A stretch of DNA of 64,000 nt from an uncultured Candidatus Saccharibacteria bacterium (GTDB lineage Bacteria > Patescibacteriota > Minisyncoccia > Phycocordibacterales > UBA5272): contig CAZNZQ010000003.1 of assembly GCA_964577675.1 (NCBI GenBank), forward strand, positions 3,330 to 67,329, written 5' to 3'. This document shows positions 18,660 to 28,959 of this stretch, piece by piece. How positions within the stretch are numbered: position 1 is the first letter of the stretch; every line of letters begins with the position of its first letter. The position numbers were made by a program, and so were the translations under genes. The notes under the pieces were generated by a model. That model saw only the letters and a program-made list of their open reading frames with translations. It was not told the origin of the DNA and searched no databases.

Positions 18660-19600
18660 TGAGATAAAAAGTTACGCACTTTATTTTTTATATCATTACA
18701 ATATAAAAGCAGACCAGGGTATGTTGACGCTCTTGGTGCGCGTCCTGTTTTTTTAAGGAAAAGTTGTCTAAGTTCTTCCAGGTACCAAATGTCGAGTGGT
18801 TCAAAGTATAGGATGCCTTTTTCCTCGAACAGATTAACAATCCTTTGCAGAGGCAAAGAAAAGTCAGCTTCTTTTTGGATGAGCACTTTATTTTCTTCTA
18901 TGAAAGAATCTGTTACCCGTACCGCATTCTTACTAGAAAGATCTTTTGTGAAATCGTAAATCATGTTAATTCTTCTAGGGCTTTTGACCCCCTCTAGTAG
19001 TTCGTTACATCTGTACCATGCCTGTTTGTATTGGTTTCTTTTAAGAGGGATATTTTGGAAGTGATAAACACAACCTTTTTCAAAATCTATTTTTTTTGCA
19101 GAGTCATTGTTTCCTGGCGTTCTCTCTTCTGATAGTGCTCTATCAATAAAACTGACCTTTTTGTCATCACAGAATGCGAAGTCTTTGTAGTTATCCTCGT
19201 ATTCCTTAGAGTAGACAAAATCTTCTAGAGAGCGGTTAATAAGAATCCAGGGGAGTAATAGCTTTTGTCCTGCCGAAAGTTGGAGCAACTCCCCCCTTAT
19301 ATTTTTAGTTAGACCATCCGATATAACTTCGTCTGCGTCTAAGCATACAAAATGTGTCCCACCGGATGCTCTTCCAGCCTCAAGCAGTTTGGTCCTTCTT
19401 TTAGACATATTGACATGCGGGTCATTATCTTTATAGGGGATGACTTTTACCTTTGGGTATGCGGACGCTACTGCCACCGAGTCATCTTCAGATGCATCAT
19501 CGAGTAGTAGTATCTCATCAGAAAATAAAGAGAAATTCTTTAAAGAAAAATCGAGAATCCAAGATTCGTTTTTTACTGGAACAAGAGTGATTACTTTCAT
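18656..19600 (-). CDS. Glycosyltransferase family 2
   Basis: VITLVPVKNESWILDFSL...LLLDDASEDDS (GT2 DxD region). Confidence 0.7.
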   Translation of the reverse strand: MKVITLVPVKNESWILDFSLKNFSLFSDEILLLDDASEDDSVAVASAYPKVKVIPYKDNDPHVNMSKRRTKLLEAGRASGGTHFVCLDADEVISDGLTKNIRGELLQLSAGQKLLLPWILINRSLEDFVYSKEYEDNYKDFAFCDDKKVSFIDRALSEERTPGNNDSAKKIDFEKGCVYHFQNIPLKRNQYKQAWYRCNELLEGVKSPRRINMIYDFTKDLSSKNAVRVTDSFIEENKVLIQKEADFSLPLQRIVNLFEEKGILYFEPLDIWYLEELRQLFLKKTGRAPRASTYPGLLLYCNDIKNKVRNFLSQ

Positions 19601-20556
19601 AGCTTCTTTATGCTAGGGAATATTCTTAATGTAAGGCTCATTATTTTTTTACCAAAGATAATGGTGAGAAGGGAGTAACTACCAATTAGGTTAATGGCAT
19701 AGAAAGAAATAAGTTTTTTCTTAAGACATCTCCTTAAAAAGTTTAAAAATGAATGCTCCCCCGGGAGATTGATAAACCCAAGCAGTAGCCCGTTTGTAAT
19801 TAACTTCCTTGATGTAAAAGCCGTAGGGAGGTGCTCCTTATAGAAAAGAAAATAGTTAATCAGGTGAAAGTCTTTTGCATTAGTTGACCTGGTGTCCTTC
19901 TCATCTAGCGAGTGGTCGGTTATATAGATGGCGCCTTCTTCTATAAACGCCGCCCTGGAAGAAGAGTTAATGAGAATATTATTGAGGTATATCTTGTCAC
20001 AGAGCGTATAGTAGTTTTCAAGGTCGAATTCACCAGATAGTGTACTTCTCCTGTAGACAATAGAACCGAACATAAAAGGCACACGCGATAAAGACGCCTG
20101 CATAAAATCTACTGCTGTGTATATTTGTGGTGATTTTGAAGAAATCTTCGATAGAACAAACCCCTGCTCACGCCTCGTCCAGATTGGGGCTGCGACAACA
20201 AAGGCAACATCATCTCGACTATCTAGAACCTTTACCGCTTCTTCAAGATAGTTAGACACCAGGAAGTCATCTTCGTGATGAGAGAGAATATATTGAGAGT
20301 TGCAAGGGAAGTTGATACTAAATTCGAGGTTCTTCATTGCGCCAAAGTTTTTCTCATTTGTATGGACTCTGATAGCGAGTCTGTCCCTGAATTCGTTAGC
20401 AATACTTTCTACGTCTATCTGAGAATTATCATCAATGATTATCACCTCAAAGTCCTTGAATGTTTGGTGAGTTAAAGCGGTGAGAGCTCTTCGTAGCTCC
20501 TTAGGTTGTCTGTATGAAGGGATGGTAACCGTAAGCTTTTTGTCCATAGACTGCAT
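19597..20556 (-). CDS. Glycosyltransferase family 2
   Basis: LTVTIPSYRQPKELRRAL...FEVIIIDDNS. Confidence 0.7.
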   Translation of the reverse strand: MQSMDKKLTVTIPSYRQPKELRRALTALTHQTFKDFEVIIIDDNSQIDVESIANEFRDRLAIRVHTNEKNFGAMKNLEFSINFPCNSQYILSHHEDDFLVSNYLEEAVKVLDSRDDVAFVVAAPIWTRREQGFVLSKISSKSPQIYTAVDFMQASLSRVPFMFGSIVYRRSTLSGEFDLENYYTLCDKIYLNNILINSSSRAAFIEEGAIYITDHSLDEKDTRSTNAKDFHLINYFLFYKEHLPTAFTSRKLITNGLLLGFINLPGEHSFLNFLRRCLKKKLISFYAINLIGSYSLLTIIFGKKIMSLTLRIFPSIKKL

Positions 20557-20585
20557 CTCTAAATTATAACATTTTTAAAAGGTTT

Positions 20586-21194
20586 TTGAGGTGTTATACT
20601 TTTTTTATGAACTTCATCTCACAATTCTTCTTCAAGGTACTTATATATATCGGGCACAAGAAAGGAGATTACATATTTGAGAGAAGTAAGCGACATGTTA
20701 CTTCTTGGGGAGAAAAGACATACGGACAACCAGAGATTATTTGTTATGACGGTAGGAGTAAGTTATCTGTAGGTAAGTACGCCTCTATTGCGAGTAATGT
20801 GTCTATTCTTTTAGGTGCGAATCATAAGAGGGGGTTACTTACGACGTACCCACGTTCCCTCATCAATAAAAATATTTCTCAAGAGGAAACTAATGAGCGT
20901 GGAGATGTAACTATTGGTAGTGACGTTTGGATCGGGCACGGTGTTACGATCATCGGGCCTGCTGTAATTGGCGATGGGGCAATCATAGGTGCGTCAGCTT
21001 TAGTTCTCGGAGACGTTCCTCCATACGCAGTTGTGGGTGGTGTGCCGGCCAAGATTATAAAGTATCGCTTCGACGAAGAAAAAATACAGAAGCTGCTTTC
21101 GGTGAAGTGGTGGGATAAAAGTGAGGAGGAGATTGTGGCACTAGAGAATACGCTATATAGCGGTGACGTTGAGAGTCTGTTTAATAAAGCTTAA
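20586..21194 (+). CDS. Hexapeptide-repeat (LbH) sugar O-acetyltransferase
   Basis: Tandem hexapeptides IGSDVWIGHGVTIIGPAVIGDGAIIGASALV...GGVPAKII. The true start may be the internal Met at ~20607. Confidence 0.65.
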   Translation: MRCYTFFMNFISQFFFKVLIYIGHKKGDYIFERSKRHVTSWGEKTYGQPEIICYDGRSKLSVGKYASIASNVSILLGANHKRGLLTTYPRSLINKNISQEETNERGDVTIGSDVWIGHGVTIIGPAVIGDGAIIGASALVLGDVPPYAVVGGVPAKIIKYRFDEEKIQKLLSVKWWDKSEEEIVALENTLYSGDVESLFNKA

Positions 21195-21195
21195 T

Positions 21196-22188
21196 TTAAG
21201 CTAGTCTGTAACCATCTATCGTAGCTCCGATAACTGTCTTCATCCTCCTAAACATAAGCGGGAATGTTGGTGCTTGAATGAGTCCCATCATGCAGACGAT
21301 AGTAGTTCGGATTAAAACGTTAAGGAATAATGTTAGAGAGTTCTGGTAGGTGTGCTTTCTTGAGGTATAGACTGCGTTACGTACATGGTAGTAAACATCC
21401 ATATCTTTTGTGGCTGGATTAAAGATGCCGAACACATGGTTACTCTTTTTCTTGTCAGATGACGGCTTTCTAAAGACAGGTTGTGAGCATGCGAAGAACG
21501 AGTAACCCAGCTCTCCTAACTTCCATGCGTATTCTGTATCTACTCCAAACATTACCAACGATTCGTCAGGTACTGGTGCATCTTTTATAGCTTGGAAAGG
21601 AATGAGTACTCCTCCTCCAATGTATGCGCTAGTTCTAAAAACTGGCAAGTCATGTGACGGGGCGCCAAGACGTAAGAAATGTTTTACAATTGTTACAACT
21701 TTACGGATGCTGAGGATCTCAAAGAGTGTGCCATCGCGGAATTTCTTTCGGTCACTTGTGCTGTAGTATGACTGCTCTCTGTTAAAGATGTCTACGGTAT
21801 TACCTATCATTATTATCTTACCCCTCTCTTCTGGTTTAAAAAATTTGAGATTATCTAAAAAGTTATTTATCCAATTTTCTTCTGGTGTTGACTCATCGTC
21901 TAGGATTGCTACATAGTCAGATGGGTGCTTTTTACTTTCGTCAAAAGCTTTACTAAATAGTTCTGCTTGAGTCAGGCAACTCCCGTCTACTATCAGCAGC
22001 TTTTCTTTATACATCTTCGAGAAGATGGTGACGTCATAAAAGTTCTCATCTTGAGATGAGATGGCAAGGATGTATTTCTTTACTCTTTTTTCGCGGATGG
22101 TGGTGTCAATTACAGGCTTAAAGGAAGACCATTGGAAAGGTTTGAGGAATGTCACTACATTGATGCTGACCGTTGCCGTTATGTTCAT
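21196..22188 (-). CDS. Putative glycosyltransferase (GT2-like)
   Basis: AILDDES region and GVDTEYAWKLGELGYSF resemble GT2 motifs; weak. Confidence 0.4.
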   Translation of the reverse strand: MNITATVSINVVTFLKPFQWSSFKPVIDTTIREKRVKKYILAISSQDENFYDVTIFSKMYKEKLLIVDGSCLTQAELFSKAFDESKKHPSDYVAILDDESTPEENWINNFLDNLKFFKPEERGKIIMIGNTVDIFNREQSYYSTSDRKKFRDGTLFEILSIRKVVTIVKHFLRLGAPSHDLPVFRTSAYIGGGVLIPFQAIKDAPVPDESLVMFGVDTEYAWKLGELGYSFFACSQPVFRKPSSDKKKSNHVFGIFNPATKDMDVYYHVRNAVYTSRKHTYQNSLTLFLNVLIRTTIVCMMGLIQAPTFPLMFRRMKTVIGATIDGYRLA

Positions 22189-22261
22189 GTGCCCATACTA
22201 TCAAATCCTCAGATTTTGGGTAGCAGAAGCCTGTTTGGCTTAAGATTGAGTTTCTGTCCAT

Positions 22262-23236
22262 ATGCTGGTAGTATCAAGGGATATATTAGGTCATATGCTA
22301 AAAGGTGAAAAAATCTTTATAACCGGGGGAGCTGGCTATCTTGGTTCTAATCTCGTTAGGCGATTTTATGATGACAACGAAATCACTATTTTTAGTCGTG
22401 ACGAAGCTAAGCACTATTATCTCAAAAAGAAATTTCCAAAGATTAAATGTGTGGTAGGGGACGTAAGAAATGGTGACCTGCTAACGAGGGCTATGAGAGG
22501 GCACACTATCGGAATATTCACAGCGTCACTAAAACAGATAGAAGCGGTAGACGAAAACATTGAAGAAGCAAACGAAGTGATTATAAAAGGTGCTTTCAAT
22601 TCTCGTCACGCAGCTATCGCGAATGGACTAAAGGCCGCCGCGTTCGTCTCTACTGATAAGAGTCGTGCGCCAACGACGCTTTATGGCGCGATGAAGTTCG
22701 TAGCAGGGGAGGCGTTCATACTAAACGCCGAAGAAGAGAAGACGAAGCTTTCATCTGTTATTTATGGAAATGTTCTTAACTCAACCGGCTCTATCATCCC
22801 CCTCATCTGGGATTCTATTAAGAGAGGGTACGCTCTTAGATTGTACGGTGAATCAATGACGAGGTTCATTATTCATATTGATGAAGCGGTTGACTGCGTC
22901 GTGTATGCTCTAGAGACCACTGGGCATAATGTTATACCTAACCTTAAAGCGCTCAAGGTAAAAGACCTCTTTGAAATTTATGAGGAAGAATTTGGCCTCA
23001 AGTGGACTAAGGGTGAACCTCGTATCTCAGAAAAGATTCATGAACAGATGATTGCCCCACAAGAGATAGATAGAGTGTTCTTTGATAAAAACAAAGACAT
23101 GTACCTAATGCACTATAAAAATATTCACCTCGATTCAGGGCTTCCTACAAGTGGGCTCACTTCAGAAGAGTGCGTTATTAATAAAGAAGAGCTGAAGCAG
23201 CTCCTTCAGAAGGATAACTACTTTAAGCCGGAGTAG
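22262..23236 (+). CDS. Polysacc_synt_2 / CapD-PseB-like short-chain nucleotide-sugar 4,6-dehydratase
   Basis: IFITGGAGYLGSNL followed by ITIFSRDEAKHYYL, the SRDE-K motif typical of CapD/PseB/FlaA1 dehydratases. Confidence 0.6.
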   Translation: MLVVSRDILGHMLKGEKIFITGGAGYLGSNLVRRFYDDNEITIFSRDEAKHYYLKKKFPKIKCVVGDVRNGDLLTRAMRGHTIGIFTASLKQIEAVDENIEEANEVIIKGAFNSRHAAIANGLKAAAFVSTDKSRAPTTLYGAMKFVAGEAFILNAEEEKTKLSSVIYGNVLNSTGSIIPLIWDSIKRGYALRLYGESMTRFIIHIDEAVDCVVYALETTGHNVIPNLKALKVKDLFEIYEEEFGLKWTKGEPRISEKIHEQMIAPQEIDRVFFDKNKDMYLMHYKNIHLDSGLPTSGLTSEECVINKEELKQLLQKDNYFKPE

Positions 23237-23246
23237 TGCAAGGCAG

Positions 23247-24020
23247 TTATTTGCCTAATACAAGTTTTACTAAGCGTACGGACATATAGAGCAAGAAGTG
23301 CACTGAAACTATTTTTTTAGAAGTGGCTTCATAGAATATTTTTGCTAGCGTCTCGTACTTTTCCTCGAAGGTTCTCTTTCTAAAGTTAAGGCCTGACTGT
23401 TCGTCATATCCGTCCGTTATGGTGCTGTTGTGATCAGAGTAAAAGATGCGAGTATTCTTCCCGAGGTGATAAAAGAAGAACCATTCTTCTGCCTGTTTTA
23501 CATGCTTAAGGAAGCGAATGTTGTATTGGGTAATAAGTCTAGTCTCTATGCAGTGTGTTGCGTCACCTTTTATTCTTTTAAGAAAAAGGTAATCCCAAAA
23601 GTATGTATACGTCTTCTCATCTATTGCGCTGGTCGTAAGAGGGGATCCGTTCTTAAGCGCGCGATTAGTCATGAGCCACTTTTCTTCGCCGTGGAGTAGA
23701 ATGAGATCGTGGAAGTTTTTGAGCGTGTCTGGGGCAAGGGTATCGTCATCATCTAAGAAAATAACCCACCTAGAGTCAGCACCCAGGCGGTCTAGCCCAA
23801 AGTTCCTGGAGAAATTGACACCTCTATTCCTGTCGTTAACAAAGTAGCGGATACGTGGGTCGTTAATCGTACCTGAGAAATCGAAGTAACTCTCATCTGT
23901 CGGCGAGTCGTTGATAATCACTAATTCCCAGTCTGTGTATGTCTGTGCTTTTACTGACGCGACCGCACGCATAAGTTGTGTGCTTCTTTTAAAGGTTGGT
24001 GTAATGATACTGAATTTCAT
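23247..24020 (-). CDS. Glycosyltransferase family 2
   Basis: FSIITPTFKRSTQLMRAV...ELVIINDSPTDES. Confidence 0.7.
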   Translation of the reverse strand: MKFSIITPTFKRSTQLMRAVASVKAQTYTDWELVIINDSPTDESYFDFSGTINDPRIRYFVNDRNRGVNFSRNFGLDRLGADSRWVIFLDDDDTLAPDTLKNFHDLILLHGEEKWLMTNRALKNGSPLTTSAIDEKTYTYFWDYLFLKRIKGDATHCIETRLITQYNIRFLKHVKQAEEWFFFYHLGKNTRIFYSDHNSTITDGYDEQSGLNFRKRTFEEKYETLAKIFYEATSKKIVSVHFLLYMSVRLVKLVLGK

Positions 24021-24034
24021 ATGATCAAACTGAG

Positions 24035-24775
24035 CTAAACGAATCGCAAGATTTTTTTAAGTAGGTTCTTGATACGGAGGACTTCAACAACTTTTTTACC
24101 AAGGCCATACACCCCAATTTTTTTGAAAAACTTATTAAGCGGGTGCCCCCAGGAGTAATTCCAGAGGTGTACACCGTAGACATCATCGGGGAGTTTTTGC
24201 CCTGCGTACTTCTTTATACTCTTCTGGTCAAACGGGTAAAAGTAATGAGGGGGATAGACTGTGATGCCACTTTTGTTTTCCATCTGGTTAAAAATCTTGG
24301 TGAGCACTACTGGGATCGTGGCAAGCCCCCCCTCATGCTTGTCATAATACTCTCTAGCTTTTTGTATATACGGATGTTGGGGAATGGCTGCCATCATGCC
24401 AGCACTGATGATGCCTGGCTCTTCCTCACCCAAGATACAATCATTAGTTGAGAGGGGAGACAGTGACCGAAGCAGCAGCATGTCTGTGTCCAGATAGAAA
24501 CCTCCCTCTTTTTCTAGTATCTCTATACGAGCATAGTCTGCAACGAAGGCCCATTTCTTGGACTGGTGCATCTTTTTCGGAAATGGGTGAGCCGAGACGT
24601 CGTAATTTTCTTCCGTCCACTCCTTTATCACAAAGTCTGGACAGTGCACGTGCCAGCTCTCAATGCAGCGTTTTATCAGGGAGTTCTTTTCATTTTTACC
24701 GAACCAGCAATAGTGTATAACTTTAGGGATTGAGCCTTGAGACATTGGGTTAGTATAACATTCACTGTCCTTCAC
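24035..24775 (-). CDS. GT32-like glycosyltransferase (Gly_transf_sug, DXD)
   Basis: IPKVIHYCWFG...FVADYARIEILEKEGGFYLDTDMLLL, the OCH1/capsule GT32 pattern. Confidence 0.6.
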   Translation of the reverse strand: MKDSECYTNPMSQGSIPKVIHYCWFGKNEKNSLIKRCIESWHVHCPDFVIKEWTEENYDVSAHPFPKKMHQSKKWAFVADYARIEILEKEGGFYLDTDMLLLRSLSPLSTNDCILGEEEPGIISAGMMAAIPQHPYIQKAREYYDKHEGGLATIPVVLTKIFNQMENKSGITVYPPHYFYPFDQKSIKKYAGQKLPDDVYGVHLWNYSWGHPLNKFFKKIGVYGLGKKVVEVLRIKNLLKKILRFV

Positions 24776-24880
24776 CTCGAATTTTATTATTGGTCAATAT
24801 AGAGGTGGAGGCGAGGGCGTGCTACACTTTGTGGCAACTCTTTATTTAACCAAGAGACCTTATATTGTAGCGATTATTCT

Positions 24881-27091
24881 ATGCAAAGTTATATTAAAAA
24901 AATAGTATGGGCGTGTCTCCTTGTGGTGCCGTTTATTGCGCTCCATGTGGCAAATGGTGGGCCGTTCGACGTCGTGAGTTGGTTTACAGGAAGCTCACTT
25001 TTCTTCCCGTTCATTTCTGGTAAGAATCTCATCTTTAGAATCTTGGTTGAGATAGCTCTTGCCGGATGGGCAATACTCGCGCTTTCTGATCCCCACTATC
25101 GTATCAATATCAGAAAGTCTCCAATTATCTTGGCATACATGGCGTTCATGGCTGTACTCTTCTTTGCTAACCTTTTTGGTGTAGACACAGAAAGAAGTAT
25201 GTGGAGTAACTTTGAGCGTATGGAGGGATTCGTTGGACATATCCACCTCTTCGCGTATTTCTTCGTACTCACTGTGATGGTGAGATCGCTTGAAGAGTGG
25301 CAGCGCATGTGGAAGTTTTTCATCGCAGGCAACGTTTTAGTTCTCATCTATGGTTTCTTCCAGTTCTTGGGGGCAAAAGGTCTTATTGTCTCAAAGATCC
25401 TCCCTGGTCTTTCTCTTTGGTTCGGTGAACGCTTCCAGATTCACCAGAGTCTTAATCGTATTGATGCTACGATTGGTAACTCTGCGTACTTTGGTGTTTT
25501 CTGTCTCATGTACACGTTCATCGCTGCGATGATGTGGTCACAGTCGGCGAATCCTAAGAAGTCATGGGGTTACCCAGTCCTTATTGCCGCTAACCTTCTT
25601 GGAGTGTTTTACTCTGGAACTAGAGGCTCGATTATTGGTCTCATTATTGGAGGTCTCGTAACGCTCGGACTCCTTGCTCTCGTAGAGAAGGGTAAGATGC
25701 GAACACTCTTTATCAAAACACTTGTTGCGGTCGCGATACTCGTCTCAGCGATATTTGTTTTCAAAGAAACTTCTCTCATTAAATCATCGCCAACACTCTA
25801 CCGTTTCGCTAGTATCTCTCTTAACGATATAACAACAGCGAGCCGTTTCTCAATCTGGAAGATAAGTTACGAAGCGTGGAAGGAAAGACCCGTCTTGGGA
25901 TACGGACAGGATAACTTTAGCCACATCTTCGCACGTAAGTTCATCCCAACTGAAATGTGCAATCTCGAGCCTTGGTACGACAGATCACACAATGTGTTCT
26001 TCGACTGGTTGGTAGCGGGAGGTATCCTTGGGCTTGTCACATATCTCTCGCTCTACGGAGTAACGCTATGGTTCATGTGGCGTAAGGAGAATGACATGAC
26101 GACCCTCGAGAAAGCTATTATTACAGGGGCTCTCGCTGGGTATTTCATCCATAACGTGTTCGTGTTCGATAACCTCACTAGTTATATCCTATTCTTCGCA
26201 CTTCTCGCGTACGTAACTGTCAGGACAAAGCATGGTGTTGCTCACGGTAAGCCTGTGGTATCTGGCGACTCACTTAACTACTTGGTTGCACCTTTGATTG
26301 GTGTCGTACTTCTTGTGACTTTGTATTACGTCAACTACAGACCACTTGTCGTGAACGGTCTAGTGATTAAGGCGATGAGTATCAGTCAGTATATGCAGAC
26401 AATGCCTTTTGCTGATGCTGTAAAGATTCAGCAGGACGCATTTACTAACGCTATCGCTATGAATACTCTCGGAAGCATTGAAGCTCGCGAGCAGTTCCTT
26501 CAGATGGTCCCACGCATGGCCCAGATTAAGCTCCCAGACACCATGCCACAAGGGGATAAGCAGGCAGCCGTTCAAGCACTTAATAATCTCATCATAGCTG
26601 CACGAAAGGATGTAACTGACTCATATCCTAAGTACCAGGAAGATGTCAGAATGCTCTCGCTCTACGGACTATTCTTTAACGGTATAGGAGACGGAGTGTC
26701 TGCTGATGAGGTGCTCACTAAGGGCCATACTATCGCCCCTAATAAGCAGCTTCTCACATTCGATCTTATTCGTTCTAAGTTACTACAGCAGAAGTTCGCA
26801 GAAGGGTACGCTCTTGGAAGAGAGACATATGACCTAGACATCAAGTGTCAGAATGCTCAAAAGTGGTTCCTCATTAGTGCTGCGTACGCAGGCGCTTATA
26901 AGGAGGCGAGAGATTACTCTATCTCTAAGGGGCAGCCTGTAGTTGCGGACCCCGATATTATCTCAGGCCTTTTGGCTACTAATCAGACCACTCTTGTGAT
27001 AGAGCTCCTACAGGAAATCAAGAAGCAGAGACCAGAAGAGGCCGCATCAATTGATGCTTACATAAAGCAATTGCTTACGCCAGCTAGGTAG
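24881..27091 (+). CDS. O-antigen ligase/polymerase-family (Wzy_C) membrane protein with ~280-aa C-terminal extracytoplasmic domain
   Basis: ~10 TM helices; YSGTRGSIIGL and SHNVFFDWLVAGGILG match Wzy_C conserved motifs. Confidence 0.6.
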   Translation: MQSYIKKIVWACLLVVPFIALHVANGGPFDVVSWFTGSSLFFPFISGKNLIFRILVEIALAGWAILALSDPHYRINIRKSPIILAYMAFMAVLFFANLFGVDTERSMWSNFERMEGFVGHIHLFAYFFVLTVMVRSLEEWQRMWKFFIAGNVLVLIYGFFQFLGAKGLIVSKILPGLSLWFGERFQIHQSLNRIDATIGNSAYFGVFCLMYTFIAAMMWSQSANPKKSWGYPVLIAANLLGVFYSGTRGSIIGLIIGGLVTLGLLALVEKGKMRTLFIKTLVAVAILVSAIFVFKETSLIKSSPTLYRFASISLNDITTASRFSIWKISYEAWKERPVLGYGQDNFSHIFARKFIPTEMCNLEPWYDRSHNVFFDWLVAGGILGLVTYLSLYGVTLWFMWRKENDMTTLEKAIITGALAGYFIHNVFVFDNLTSYILFFALLAYVTVRTKHGVAHGKPVVSGDSLNYLVAPLIGVVLLVTLYYVNYRPLVVNGLVIKAMSISQYMQTMPFADAVKIQQDAFTNAIAMNTLGSIEAREQFLQMVPRMAQIKLPDTMPQGDKQAAVQALNNLIIAARKDVTDSYPKYQEDVRMLSLYGLFFNGIGDGVSADEVLTKGHTIAPNKQLLTFDLIRSKLLQQKFAEGYALGRETYDLDIKCQNAQKWFLISAAYAGAYKEARDYSISKGQPVVADPDIISGLLATNQTTLVIELLQEIKKQRPEEAASIDAYIKQLLTPAR

Positions 27092-27577
27092 GGTATACTT
27101 TTCTTGTGAGTGCGCAAAAGTTTGCTCACAACAAAGATAAATAAATGCCAACGCAAATAGTCATCGAAAGATGGCTATTTACGTTTCTCGAAGAGTGAAG
27201 AACGACGAAGATGTCCGTAGACAGCGGTCGAAGGACGGCGCTTCTTGATCTACTTTGTTATTACAGAACTTTTTATCGTCAATATAGCGCTAACTACACC
27301 TCCTCAAAAAAGTTCCTATACTCCTAGCATCTTAAGATGTTTTAGGGCAAAAAGTTTTTTGTATTTGCGGGTTGAATAAAATATGTCGTCTAGTTCGACG
27401 GAAAAGCAAAGAAGAAAAGTTTTAAAATAAGAAAATAAAAGGTTGAATGAAATATGCGGGTATAGTACACTCACTACAGTCGGTTGCGCTTACCTTTGGT
27501 GGGCGACCGCACTCACATAGGCATTTATCTTTGGAGCAAGCTACTGCTCACCAAAAGTGAGCGTAACCTAGAGATAG

Positions 27578-27606
27578 CAAAAAATTCCCGAAAGGGAATT
27601 TTTTGC
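27578..27606. terminator. Rho-independent terminator hairpin downstream of tsaD (bidirectional)
   Basis: aaaaAATTCCCgaaaGGGAATTtttt. Confidence 0.7.
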
Positions 27607-27645
27607 TACTTACTTCTTTCTATTTCTAAAATCTACTACCTCTCC

Positions 27646-28827
27646 CTAACAGTCTCCCACAGACCATGACCCTTTGGCAGATAGTTTTACGCGAGGCTTC
27701 TCGTCATTTGCGATATGGAGTAGCCCAGCTGAAGCAATCATGAGAGCATTATCGGTGGAAAGGTTTCTGTTTGGAATAAATAGTGAAAAGCCTTCGCTGT
27801 CAGCTAGTTGCTTAAGGGCGAACCTAATATGTGTGTTGGCACTTACTCCACCACCAATAATGAGACTCTTAGCCCCAGTCTCGTAGATTGCTTGCCTCAC
27901 TTTCGCCACCAGGACGTCAGTCACTGAGTTTTCGAACTCAAGCGCGAGCATCTTCTTCACTTTGTCGTCGAGCTCTCCCTCCTTTTTCACTTTGGTAAGT
28001 ACGGAGGTCTTTAATCCGCTAAAAGAAAAGAACAGGTCTTTGCTGTGAAGCATCGGACGTGGGAGTCTCAGGTCTTCTCTAACAACGAGACTTTCTTTTC
28101 TTGCTTGTTCTGCGAGACGAGAGATTTCTGGTCCTCCGGGGTAAGGGAGTGAGAGCATGCGTGCCACCTTATCAAAAGCTTCACCGACCGCATCATCTTT
28201 TGTCTTTCCTATAACTTTGTACGAACGGAGGCGAGGGATGTGAGCTATCTCCGTGTGTCCACCTGAAATGAGTAGTGCGCACGCCGGGAGTTCAAAATCA
28301 GTTAACTCAAAGAACGTGTCATTTTGCGAGAGGAGAGCTGCGATAATGTGCCCTTCCATGTGGTTCACTGGGTAGATAGGGATATCCCAGACTGTGTTTA
28401 GGGCGAGGGCTGCATTAATCCCAACCCAGAGCGCAGGCTCAAGGCCTGGGCCTTCTGTAACTGCAATCGCGTCAATCGCTGGCTTTTGTATTCCTTCAAA
28501 GAGCACTTTCATAGCATTTAGCATCTCAGGCTCCTTCTCAAGTAAAACCTCTAGTTTTTTCCTGTCTCCGTTTGGAATGTGGTAAGTATTAGTTCTCTCT
28601 ACTAAGACTTCAGCTTCACCGAGTGCCTCTGCGATAAGTTGTGTGATTGCTTTTGCATGCTCACGCTTGGCGAGAGCAGGGAAGACGCCGCCGTATTGTT
28701 TATGAAGATCTATCTGTGAAAGTATGCGATGAGACAATACCTCGAAGCGGACATTCTTTCCGCGCACACGCTTTACTATGGAGATGGCTGTCTCGTCACA
28801 GCTAGTTTCTATTGCGAGAAGTAACAT
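27646..28827 (-). CDS. tsaD: tRNA N6-adenosine threonylcarbamoyltransferase
   Basis: MLLLAIETSCDETAISIV N-terminus and the overall Kae1/TsaD pattern. Confidence 0.85.
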   Translation of the reverse strand: MLLLAIETSCDETAISIVKRVRGKNVRFEVLSHRILSQIDLHKQYGGVFPALAKREHAKAITQLIAEALGEAEVLVERTNTYHIPNGDRKKLEVLLEKEPEMLNAMKVLFEGIQKPAIDAIAVTEGPGLEPALWVGINAALALNTVWDIPIYPVNHMEGHIIAALLSQNDTFFELTDFELPACALLISGGHTEIAHIPRLRSYKVIGKTKDDAVGEAFDKVARMLSLPYPGGPEISRLAEQARKESLVVREDLRLPRPMLHSKDLFFSFSGLKTSVLTKVKKEGELDDKVKKMLALEFENSVTDVLVAKVRQAIYETGAKSLIIGGGVSANTHIRFALKQLADSEGFSLFIPNRNLSTDNALMIASAGLLHIANDEKPRVKLSAKGSWSVGDC

Positions 28828-28959
28828 AAGGTAGATCGTTAGAGATTAGACTTTAGCCTGTTAGGCGATGAGAAACCTAACAAATATGGTAAAAGTATAC
28901 TACATTTCAGATTTTTTATATTAGTTGCACTGCGACCATCTTTGCCATAGAGTATAGGT

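Noticed and set aside
27092-27577. Possible tmRNA/RNase P/SRP RNA in the long intergenic region
   Set aside because: No conserved core elements of these RNAs were recognisable by eye. It is left as an unassigned non-coding region in the findings.
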